Shown: one piece after another, positions 1 through 7,928 of the stretch
Position numbering within the stretch: the stretch's first letter is position 1
Layout of the letters: every line of letters begins with the position of its first letter
Source of the DNA: Octopus sinensis
Taxonomy: Eukaryota
DNA length: 9,357 nucleotides
Assembly: GCF_006345805.1 (NCBI RefSeq)
Contig: NW_021827969.1
Coordinates: 1 to 9,357 of the forward strand
Direction of reading: 5' to 3'
The notes under the pieces: generated by a model
Databases searched by the model: none
Told to the model about the DNA's origin: nothing
Seen by the model: only the letters and a program-made list of their open reading frames with translations
Program-made: the position numbers and the translations under genes

Positions 1-100
1 AAGCAATCCGTTCGGCTGGGCAATAACTCCTGCCCCGTCTTGCTCGCAGATCGAGCTTGGCCGCTCACTTCCTGACGTTGTTATTTTGATTATATAAATA
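1..100 (+). mobile_element. Possible 3' tip of a further CRE-like non-LTR element cut by the window edge
   Basis: Positions 3-26 read AIRSAGQ*, resembling the C-termini of the CRE-like copies here (AIRAAGR, SILSAASS*, AILSALKQP*). A T-rich then A-rich stretch follows. Only 7 codons are visible. Confidence 0.25.
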
Positions 101-137
101 TAATCTGTCACAGTCAAATAAACGGACACGCGGTTAA

Positions 138-269
138 ATCGACACCTGGATTAAAAAAACAGCATCGAACTATTTGTATTATTAAGCTCAGCAAAGAAGT
201 TTTGAAAAAATCAAAAAAATCATAGAAAACAAGAAAAAAACATTAGACGAAAATGGAAATGTACTGTTT
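138..269 (+). pseudogene. Possible N-terminal (N-clasp) remnant of DNA polymerase kappa
   Basis: Reads IDTWIKKTASNYLYY*AQQRSFEKIKKIIENKKKTLDE. This aligns without gaps to the recalled human Pol kappa segment INKIIMEATKGSRFYGNELKKEKQVNQRIEN (I1, I5, aromatic-Y 14-15, I/V25, IEN 29-31). Identity is low and there is an in-frame TAA at 183-185. Confidence 0.3.
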
Positions 270-519
270 ATTACCAAACAGTGGCAACCCAGGTGAATAT
301 ACTAAAGATTACTCCAGTCATTTGGCATGCGGGAATCATCACGGGTTGGTTAATTGAGGTCACGGGTTCCATTGATTATTTGATAAATGTGCTGTTCTAT
401 TTGCAGACTTAAGGAAATATTGAGAGAATTACCAAACAGTGACAACCCAGGTGAATATACTAACGATTACTCCAGTCATTTGGCATGCGGGAATCATCAC
501 GGGTTGGTTAATTGAGGTC
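270..519 (+). repeat. 92-bp direct repeat, two copies (270-361 and 428-519)
   Basis: attaccaaacagtg...ggttaattgaggtc occurs twice with period 158 and 2 mismatches. Confidence 0.95.
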
Positions 520-522
520 CAA

Positions 523-564
523 ATTCTCAGTAACCTCCTCAAAGGGATTCTCAGTTACCTCCTC
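523..564 (+). repeat. 18-bp near-tandem duplication
   Basis: attctcagtaacctcctc (523-540) and attctcagttacctcctc (547-564). Confidence 0.85.
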
Positions 565-616
565 TAGCACCAACGTTTAAAACCATCAATTTTTTGATTA
601 TCCGCTTTTTTTCTCG

Positions 617-769
617 TCATTTCAGTAAATTATTTAATATCTTGTATGCTTGCAATAATGGAAACATTTCTAAATCATTAAGTTTTACATAATTCTTCCA
701 AATATTTAGTTTCTGTTTAAATCCAAGAATTTTATCAGTTGAAGTTAACACATTCTCGAAATTGGCCAT
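617..769 (-). pseudogene. hAT-superfamily (Buster/Charlie/SPIN-like) transposase fragment
   Basis: A 50-codon frame below the ORF-track cutoff: MANFENVLTSTDKILGFKQKLNIWKNYVKLNDLEMFPLLQ. It matches the conserved DKI.(A/G)FK.KL..W...V....LEMFP.L block of Buster-type transposases. Confidence 0.75.
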
Positions 770-910
770 GAAATTAGATGTAAAAAAAGGAGATTAAAGG
801 AACAAAATCGAAAAATATCACAAAAATTGAGAGAATGCCACTGTTTGGTAATTCTCTCAACATTTCCTTAAGTCTGCAAATAGAACAGCACATTTATCAA
901 ATAATCAATT

Positions 911-1185
911 AAAAAATTAAAATATTCAGAGCTCAAGGACAGGTTCATAGTGCAACCGATTATTGTGGAGTCATCTGGAGTCTTCGGTCCGGAATCAATC
1001 TCTTTCATTAGGAAACTTGGATCCCTGATCTCGGTTCAGACGAAAGATAGAAGGGAGACCGAATGGCTGTTTCAACGCCTTTCAACAACCGTTGTCAGGG
1101 GTAATAGCCACGCCATCCTTTCTGCTCTTAAGCAACCTTAATTAACATATATTTTCTTTTGTTAAAAAAAATAAAATAAAAAAAA
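911..1185 (+). mobile_element. 5'-truncated CRE-like non-LTR retrotransposon, copy A (RLE C-terminus, 3' UTR, A-rich tail)
   Basis: Reads KKLKYSELKDRFIVQPIIVESSGVFGP...LFQRLSTTVVRGNSHAILSALKQP* (stop at 1141), homologous to the ends of copies C and D. A T-rich UTR follows, then an A-rich tail at 1164-1185. Confidence 0.85.
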
Positions 1186-1244
1186 TAAGAAATAAGTAAA
1201 AAAGGAGATTAATAGAAAATAATCGAAAAATATCACAAACAGTT

Positions 1245-1450
1245 TCCGGCGTCTTTGGCTCGGGACCCTCACTTCCCTAAAGAAATTGGGACATCTTTGT
1301 TCTTCGCGGTCCAAGGACCCTAGGGAATTACTTTCCTCATTCAGAGGATCCTGCTGGCTGTCATGCGTGGCAACAGCTGTTCCCTCCGTCTCGCTGGGAG
1401 AATTATTAGTTTGTTGACTTTACTTAGTAGTTTGACCCTAATCTTAATAA
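1245..1450 (+). mobile_element. Degenerate 5'-truncated CRE-like copy B (not in ORF track)
   Basis: With two 1-nt frameshifts it reads SGVFGS-TLTSLKKLGHLCSSRSKDPRELL-LIQRILLAVMRGNSCSLRLAGRII, the same RLE C-terminal block (SG.FG...DPRE...R...RGN). Confidence 0.8.
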
Positions 1451-1483
1451 AAGTAAAGAAGGAGATCGAAAAATATCACAAAA

Positions 1484-1512
1484 TTTTTTTTTTTTTTGAT
1501 GAAAACCAACCA
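1484..1512 (-). mobile_element. 29-bp retroposed micro-insertion (15 nt plus A14)
   Basis: T14 (1484-1497) plus gatgaaaaccaacca, flanked by a direct ATCACAAAA repeat (1475-1483 and 1513-1521). Confidence 0.55.
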
Positions 1513-1837
1513 ATCACAAAAATTATAAATAAGAAATAAGTAAAGAAGGAGATTAATAGAAAATAATCGAAAAATATCACAAACAGTATAAATAAGTAAA
1601 AAAGGAGATTAAAGGAATAAAATGGAAAAATATCACAAAAATGATGAACTTTCAAATAATTAAATCATTAAAAGAAAATACATCCTGAATTATTCCTTCT
1701 GAATCCAAATATAAAAAAAATTAAAGTGTAGCAAATAATTAAAAGAGCACCACAAAGTAAATCAACAGCGTGCTCACACGTGGCATAATTTATTAGGAAT
1801 TAGGTTTGCCATTAAGAAATTAAGATAATTGACAATA

Positions 1838-3724
1838 CTGCCAAACTTCTGTGCCACGCAATTGTCCCCTTTTTGTCTCAAGTGTTTCTCCCCGCCCAAC
1901 TCGGGGTCGGTGTCCCAAACGGCTGCGAAGCGGCCGTTCATTCTCTCCGTGAACTCATCGAATCTTCCCAGTCGGCTATCATGGTCAAACTAGACGTCTC
2001 AAACGCTTTCAACTCCATCAGACGTGACCACCTGCTGGAGTGCTGTCGCGAACTGGTTCCGTTCGCTTATCCCCTTGTACATCTCTCATACGCTTCTCCG
2101 AGTATCCTCATGTTCGACGATGTTCCCATCTCTTCGGCCACCGGGGTCCAACAGGGAGATCCCCTGGGTCCTGTCCTTTTTGCCTTGGGCGTTAACAGTA
2201 TCGCTCACTCTGTTCGATCCCCAGTTAACATATGGTATCTGGATGACGCAACCATTTGCGGTCCCCCCGACGCTGTTTTCGACGACCTTCGTTCTATCCT
2301 CCCTTCCCTCTCGGACATCGGCCTATCTATAAACGCCAATAAATCCGAAATCGTGAACATTGCCTTAAATCCGAGTGACTTCACTGCTTCAATTTCCACG
2401 TGCCGAGGCATTCTCTCAGACGTCCGGATTACGGACAAATCAAATCTTACGATTCTCGGTGCCCCCATGGGGCCTTCTGCCCTCGAATGCTCACTCGCTG
2501 GAAAAATTTCCCACTTATCCAAAATGATCGACAAGCTTAAAGTCATCGAGCCTCATGTGGCTTTTTTCCTCCTCCGAAACCACTTCTCCGTCCCTAAGAT
2601 CCTTTACACCCTAAGATGTGCACCCTGCTTTCAAAGAGGCGACCTTCTTTCCGACCTTGACAATATCCTCAGGCTCGGTACGAGCTCTCTTTGCAATCTG
2701 GCTTTCGACGATCCAGGCTGGACTCAGGCATCCCTGCCTGTGCGCTGGGGTGGCCTTGGCTTGAGATCCTATTCCGATCTTGCCCTCCCGGCATTCCTAT
2801 CCGCTCATCACGCTTCTCGTACTCTCTCAGACATCGTTCTTAGAAACCTCCCCGAACGGAAATTGTCTGAAGTTTACTCTGCAGCCCGTGGTCGGTGGGA
2901 GGCTCGGTTTGGTTCGAAGCTGCCCAACTCTCAATCTGTACAGCGCCAATGGGACGAAATCTCTTGTCAGGCAATCTTCGAAGGCCTGCTTCCTGTCTCC
3001 AATCAACACCGTGTCGCTTGCCTCCGTGCAGGTCGCTGTGAAAGCAGCGGTGTCTGGTTAAAGGCTCTCCCTCTCCCTTCCATCGGGAACCTGTTGGACA
3101 AGGAATGCCTAAGAATTGCAATCTCCCTCCGTGTCGGCTGAAAATCTGCCAGTCGCACAAATGCCGTTGTGGGGGAACTGTTGACGAGTACGGTTTGCAT
3201 CCCCTCGCTTGCCGGCGGAGTGCCGGTCGTGCCCCCCGTCACAGTGAACTCAACTCAGTCGTACAGAGAGCCCTCGCCTCAGCAGGCATCCCGTCTATCC
3301 TTGAACCTGTTGGATTGGATAGAGGGGATGGCAAACGCCCTGACGGCATGTCCACCTTCCCCTACGAGCAGGGGAAATCCCTTATTTGGGATTCTACCTG
3401 CTCGGACACGTTCTCGCTGGGAAATCTCGCGCTGTCCGCCACCAATCCTGGGCACGCTTCCAGGCAGCCGAGGAGCGAAAGATTCTCAAGTACGGCCACC
3501 TGTCCAACTCGCTGCTCTTTACTCCAATTGCCTTGGAGTCCTCCGGGATCTTCGGTCCCAAGACACTCCGCTTCCTTCGCTCGCTCGGTCGACGGATTTC
3601 AAGGACTAGTCACGATCCAAGAGAGTTTTCTTGGCTCCTGGAACGTCTGTCGATTGCTGTGATCCGAGGGAACGTCTTCGCCATTCGCGCGGCTGGTCGG
3701 GTGTCTCGTGAGGCCTTTAACTAA
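1838..3724 (+). pseudogene. RT / zinc knuckle / RLE polyprotein of copy C (N-terminally truncated, two 1-nt frameshifts)
   Basis: RT motifs KLDVSNAFNS, GVQQGDPLGP, WYLDD, GLSINANKSE, ILGAPMG and LPVRWGGLG. Knuckle CRCG..D..GLH...C, then RH, KRPDG, IWDSTC and EERKILKY (PD-(D/E)xK type). ORFs 1873-3141, 3105-3662 and 3386-3724 join via single missing bases near 3138 and 3463. Confidence 0.92.
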
Positions 3725-3756
3725 CTTAGCTATCTGTAATTTTTGTCTTGTTTGTA

Positions 3757-3791
<35 letters not shown>
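1838..3791 (+). mobile_element. 5'-truncated CRE-clade-like non-LTR retrotransposon, copy C
   Basis: Perfect 11-bp TSD AATTGACAATA (1827-1837 and 3792-3802), an A-run at 3764-3793, and RT plus CCHC plus restriction-like endonuclease coding sequence. Confidence 0.93.
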
Positions 3792-3797
<6 letters not shown>

Positions 3798-3898
3798 CAA
3801 TAATAATAAAAAAACTAAAAATTTTTCAAGTTTTTTTAATTAAATTAAAATATTATTATACAACTATAAATAATTTTTAATTTTAAATATTAAAAATC

Positions 3899-4174
3899 AT
3901 GCTTGCCCCAGCTAACATAGCAATGGAGGGCTACTTCCTGAAAGAGGGATCGAGCTTCCGTGGACGTCCACGTGTTACGCTGCCGGAAACACTTGACGGA
4001 GACCTGAAATGTGTGAAGAAAAGGCTAAGGAGTGGTGAGGATCTGGACGAGCTGAGGAAACTCGCTCACGACAGAGGAGGTTGGAGGAGGCTGGTTCAAA
4101 GGATTGTTTTTAATGCTGCACGAGTAAAATTATAACTAATATGATTCTACGTATGTTGCAAATAATAATAATAA
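3899..4174 (+). mobile_element. 5'-truncated RTE-clade non-LTR retrotransposon tail
   Basis: The ORF end FRGRPRVTLPETLDGDL...LRKLAHDRGGWRRLV matches the RTE C-terminal GRP...DL...A.DR..WR..V pattern. (AAT)5 tail at 4161-4175; candidate 8-bp TSD TAAAAATC (3891-3898 and 4175-4182). Confidence 0.8.
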
Positions 4175-4194
4175 TAAAAATCTCGCGGCACCTA

Positions 4195-4538
4195 CAGTAT
4201 GGTCCAAAAATAGTACACCCCTTGTTTTTTTGTCGAAAAAATCTTATATCTGCTAAAATAATACATTTATTTAATTATTTTTTTTTTGTGAATTATATCT
4301 GTTTTAGAGTTTAATGAATTTTTCATTTTATAGAAAATCGAAATGAATTTAATTATTAAAAAAATTAATGAATTTTTAATGGTCCATAAATAGTACACCC
4401 TTAACAAATTCAACATCTGTTGTGCTTTAAAATTACCTAATAAAGTTTTATTTAATATACAAAAATATTTTTATTTTTAGTTTATGTTCTTTTATTTTTT
4501 TAAAGTAATTATTTAATTAAATAATTATCTTATTATCA
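4195..4538 (+). repeat. Left TIR of the Tc1 element (about 344 bp) with outer and inner DRs
   Basis: Inverted match to 5422-5770. DR core atggtcca(a/t)aaatagtacaccc at 4199-4220 and 4379-4400. Confidence 0.92.
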
Positions 4539-5410
4539 GATTTTTTTTATTTATGACGTCAAATGTTTCAATTTTTCTTTTTAAATAGCACCACATGTCT
4601 TCAATTGGATTTAAATCTGGCAAATTTTTTTTTCTGTCAAAAAACTTTTAGTCTTCTTTGCAGTATGCTTCGGATCGTTATCTTGTTGGAAATTCGGATT
4701 TTCTGAATGATCGTTGATAAAGGGCATCATTTTTTCCTCAAGTATATTAATGCACATGTCTGCATTCATGATTCCATTTATGGTATAAAGTTCACCAGTC
4801 CTTGGAAGCTCATAAATCCACATATCTTTATATTTCCGCCGCCATGTTTCTTTGTAGATACTATGCATTTTGGATTTAGTGCACCGCCATTTTTGCGCCA
4901 CATATGCTTAATTCCATTTGATCTGAACAAATTGATTTTGGTCTCATTTGACCACAGGATTCTATTCCAAAAATCCATATTTTTGCCTACATATTTTTTT
5001 GCAAATTGTAAACGGTTTCTTTTGTACCTTTTTGACAATAACGGTTTCCTTCGAAGTATCAGCCATATAAATTGCATTCATGTAGTCTCCTTTTTATTGT
5101 AGATTTTTATATTTTAATAACAGAATAAGATTCCAATTGTTTTGCAATTGCAGATGAAGAGATTCTTGGATTTTTTTCAGCAGAACGTCTGATTAGACGG
5201 ATAGATCTGATAGATAACTTCTTCGGTCTCCCTCTTTCTCGATTTAAAATGCCGTTTATTCCGTTTTTCGGTATTTTGTACAATCTTAGCAACGATGTTC
5301 TTGCTAATCTCAAGTTTTTTGGCAATTTTTTTGTATCCATAGTTGTCCTCGTGTATTGAAATAATACGATTTTTAATATCTGAAGAGAGATCAACATTAC
5401 GAAAGTTCAT
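4525..5410 (-). pseudogene. Tc1 DD34E transposase pseudogene
   Basis: Paired-like HTH (GYKKIAKKL), GRPKK, RRKPLLS, WSNETK (first catalytic D appears as N), KHGGG, FQQDNDPKH and PDLNPIE. Several frameshifts. A 25-nt deletion before PDLNPIE would restore D34E spacing. The C-terminal region is missing. Confidence 0.92.
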
Positions 5411-5421
5411 GTTAATTATTT

Positions 5422-5770
5422 TGACAATAAGATAATTATTTAGTTAAATAATTACTTTAAAAAAATAAAAAAACATAAACTAAAAATAAAAATATTTTTG
5501 TATATTAAATAAAACTTTATTAGGTAATTTTAAAGCACAACAGATGTTGAATTTGTTAAGGGTGTACTATTTATGGACCATTAGAAATTCATTAATTTTT
5601 TTAAATATATGTATAATTAAATTCATTTCGATTTTCTATAAAATGAAAAATTCATTAAACTCTAAAACAGATATAATTCACAAAAAAATAATTAAATAAA
5701 TGTATTATTTTAGCAGATATAAGATTTTTTGACAAAAAAACAAGGGGTGTACTATTTTTGGACCATACTG
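5422..5770 (-). repeat. Right TIR of the Tc1 element (about 349 bp) with outer and inner DRs
   Basis: Inverted match to 4195-4538. DR cores at 5560-5581 and 5745-5766. Confidence 0.92.
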
Positions 5771-5772
5771 TA

Positions 5773-5809
5773 AAACCAGACCTCGCGGCACCCCTGTTGG
5801 GAATCGATG
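5773..5809 (-). mobile_element. Probable 5' terminus of the hAT (Buster-like) element
   Basis: The minus strand reads CATCGATTCCCAACAGGGGTGCCGCGAG, resembling CAGTG.TTCCCAAC hAT TIRs with GTGCCGCG subterminal motifs. The flanking 8-mer CATTAGTC (5810-5817) fits the nnnTAnnn Buster target. The CTCGCGGCACC subterminal repeat occurs at 5782-5792 and across the Tc1 at 4182-4192. The partner end was not found. Confidence 0.55.
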
Positions 5810-6724
5810 CATTAGTCCTTTCAGTCTCCTGAAATGACATTGAACAGTCTACTCGAAGATTGGTGGGAATTAAGTCTCCATTTCCCCGCAGATGGGAAGG
5901 AGTAATTTGATTGCAAAACAACCTTAAAGCATCCTGAAATACAACGGAATGAATCTTCCGATTTGCACGCCCAATTGAGCAGAGTGGAATAAATACTTTT
6001 GGACGTGAAGAAAGAGGGGAAGTTAGTAAAGAGGGTCTAAAACAACACAAATCAGACAACATTGGCCAGTGTGAAGTAGAGAGACTCCACTCGTTCGCGT
6101 GAGTCACTCAACCCATCGAAATATTTCCTCATTTTTGTGAGTGGCCCCACTAATTTGGGGGCGGTTTTCATGATTATTCCCGACAGGACGACACAACTGA
6201 AAAAACCAGCCAACGGGTTCCCCGCCAACTCAACCATCTTTTCGATTTTCGTCTAAAAATGACAAAAAAGAGGACAATCTTGGCAGGAATATCCTCGACT
6301 GGAAACTCCAACCTTACAAATCTTGAGACCAAACTCAAGTTCTTTCCCGTTAAGAAGACGTCATTCGGAGTAAAGAGTTCATGGAGTGCTGTCACCGTCT
6401 TGGGCAATCCGAGATATTCTAGAAAGTGAAACAACCGACCAACTGGACAAAACAGCAATATTGTCCTGCACGTCATCGTTGGAGTGGAGAGACTCGACTA
6501 TTTTCAAACACGCCTCTCTTATTCTAAAGTTGAGCGCAGTCCCAACCTCTGGGCTCGTCTGACCAACCCGGCGAATACACAATCATTCAGAGACTGCAAG
6601 CCAACCTTCGTAGACTGTCGTGGTTTCTAACAAATATATCCAAGATTAGTTGACCAATGTGTTCAGGACTGTCGAGGGAGGACAATACACTCAATAGACA
6701 TTCGTCCGCCAATTTACCATTACA
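5810..6724 (-). CDS. Unidentified, probably spliced host gene or gene remnant (predicted helical protein)
   Basis: GC visibly higher than the flanks. Overlapping minus-strand ORFs join into one stop-free frame to TGA at 5821-5823 if 23-25-nt GT-AG segments are removed (6546-6524, 6443-6419, 6275-6253, 6060-6037). No family recognised; start and end uncertain. Confidence 0.45.
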
Positions 6725-6926
6725 TCATTTTAAATCCGAAAAAAATGTAGTCTACTTATTCGTAATTATAGAAATGCGGTCCCCAATTAATCATATGTCT
6801 CTTCTTGGGATCACGAATTCCACCTAGATTTTACATGTTTTTTTGAATATTGTGGAAATTATTATTTGTCCTCATGTAAGAATTAATAGTTACTGAAACT
6901 TCAACGTCTCAAACTCTACAGGAATG

Positions 6927-6999
6927 GCAAACATGATGATATCAGGATATCACTGAAAGAGTGGTTATGCAAACATGATGATATCAGGATATCACTGAA
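6927..6999 (+). repeat. 31-bp exact duplication (6927-6957 and 6969-6999)
   Basis: gcaaacatgatgatatcaggatatcactgaa occurs twice with period 42. Confidence 0.93.
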
Positions 7000-7928
7000 T
7001 TTGGTTTATTGTTTCTTCTTTTACTGAATTCAAATATCATTTTTATTTTTTTTGTTACATGCATGTAGGTTTTAGACGATATGAACAGAAACTTTTCTGA
7101 CGACCAATCTACAGAGATTCATAACAGTTCCGTGTTGTTTTCATGGAGTAATAATATACCAAGCAGTACTTTCTGGTAAAAAGTAAAGAAGGATAATCAT
7201 TCATATCTTATTGTAGAAAAATCCATATTTCCTTAATAGTCTCATCACTTTTTTCTGGTTAAATTTTGAAATTTTTCATTTAAAGTGTAGTTTCTCCCAT
7301 TAATCTGTTATTAGACATTATATTTTTTTATTTTTCCCTTTTCTTCATATGGGAATTCAAATCTGTGTAGTTTCAATAAAAGATTCGTCCCCACAATCTT
7401 TTAAAATTATAACCTAAACTGTTTTATTTAATTATACCTCATTTCTTAATTCAAAATCATTTTTGACTTGTGTACTCCCATCTTTTATTCATTCTTTTAA
7501 AATAAAATGAATTCATACACGAATGAGAAGTAATAAACATATAATAACACAGAACACCCCAAACAGAACACTCCCGTGATATTCACGTGCATCAGATGAC
7601 TCTCAGTCTCGTTTGCATAACAAGATATCACTGAAATTGTTTTGTCGAATTTTATGTCGAGCCAAGTTTGTACATATAAATGCTTTAGTTGGTCACTTGA
7701 TCAAGAATGAGGCTCAAACGAATTCAACGGGAAAATATAATTTAACTTGTAATGGAAGTTTGAAATTATTGTCATACAAATACAACAACAATAGCCGACA
7801 AGTCCCTTCATTCAGGTTGTCAAAATATAACAAAACAAAATTACTTCTCACGTGAAATACCCAAGGATCTCGGAAATAATATGTCGCGAGCGCAGCGAAC
7901 GACCACTCAATTTCTAGATGCGATCAAT

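Larger units (their letters stand above)
371..909. repeat. 74-bp inverted repeat (371-444 and 836-909)
   Basis: The reverse complement of 836-909 matches 371-444 at 72/74 positions. No flanking TSD is seen. Confidence 0.95.
780..1641 (+). repeat. Five interspersed copies of a 36-61-bp purine-rich unit (GTAAA(A/G)AAGGAGAT...GAAAAATATCACAAA)
   Basis: Copies at about 780-826, 1183-1243, 1447-1483 (internally deleted), 1527-1587 and 1596-1641. 1183-1243 and 1527-1587 match at 60/61. The first and last copies form a second subtype. Confidence 0.9.
4195..5770 (-). mobile_element. Tc1-family DNA transposon (IR/DR type), 1576 bp, defective
   Basis: Starts CAGTATGGTCC and ends GGACCATACTG, with TA on both sides (4193-4194 and 5771-5772). 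Long TIRs and a Tc1 transposase remnant inside. Confidence 0.95.

Noticed and set aside
241-248. CATTAGAC as the partner TSD of the hAT end (CATTAGTC)
   Set aside because: It matches 7/8, but no TIR-like sequence follows it, so it is likely chance.
371-909. MITE or foldback transposon bounded by the 74-bp inverted repeats
   Set aside because: No TSD flanks the arms, one arm overlaps a direct repeat, and the interior holds an unrelated hAT fragment. Rearrangement fits better.
780-1641. CRISPR-like array of repeats with intervening sequences
   Set aside because: The units vary in length and sequence, the intervening pieces are 0-350-bp retroelement fragments, there are no cas genes, and the context is eukaryotic.
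2024-3609. Alternative-frame and antisense ORFs (2024-2332, 2205-2546, 2780-3061, 2827-3009, 2840-3160, 3003-3242, 3169-3609)
   Set aside because: These are shadows of the GC-rich RT/RLE coding sequence with no independent motifs.
1873-3724. Bacterial group II intron, retron or other prokaryotic RT; programmed ribosomal frameshifting
   Set aside because: Poly(A), TSD and C-terminal CCHC-RLE identify a eukaryotic non-LTR element. The frame breaks lack slippery heptamers and are simple 1-nt losses.
4707-5102. Plus-strand 131-aa ORF
   Set aside because: It is the antisense shadow of the Tc1 transposase.
5655-6107. 150-aa minus-strand ORF as a standalone gene
   Set aside because: It runs across the hAT end into the Tc1 TIR, so it is chimeric. 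Only its 5810-6107 part could be relevant, as an alternative frame.
7050-7480. Possible decayed LINE C-terminus on the minus strand (KRLWGRIF..., ETIKEIWIF)
   Set aside because: It has many stops and no intact CCHC or RT motif, so the resemblance is too vague.
7613-7855. 80-aa plus-strand ORF
   Set aside because: It has a non-ATG start, AT-rich low-information sequence and no recognisable motif, including none of the Pol kappa palm motifs I looked for.
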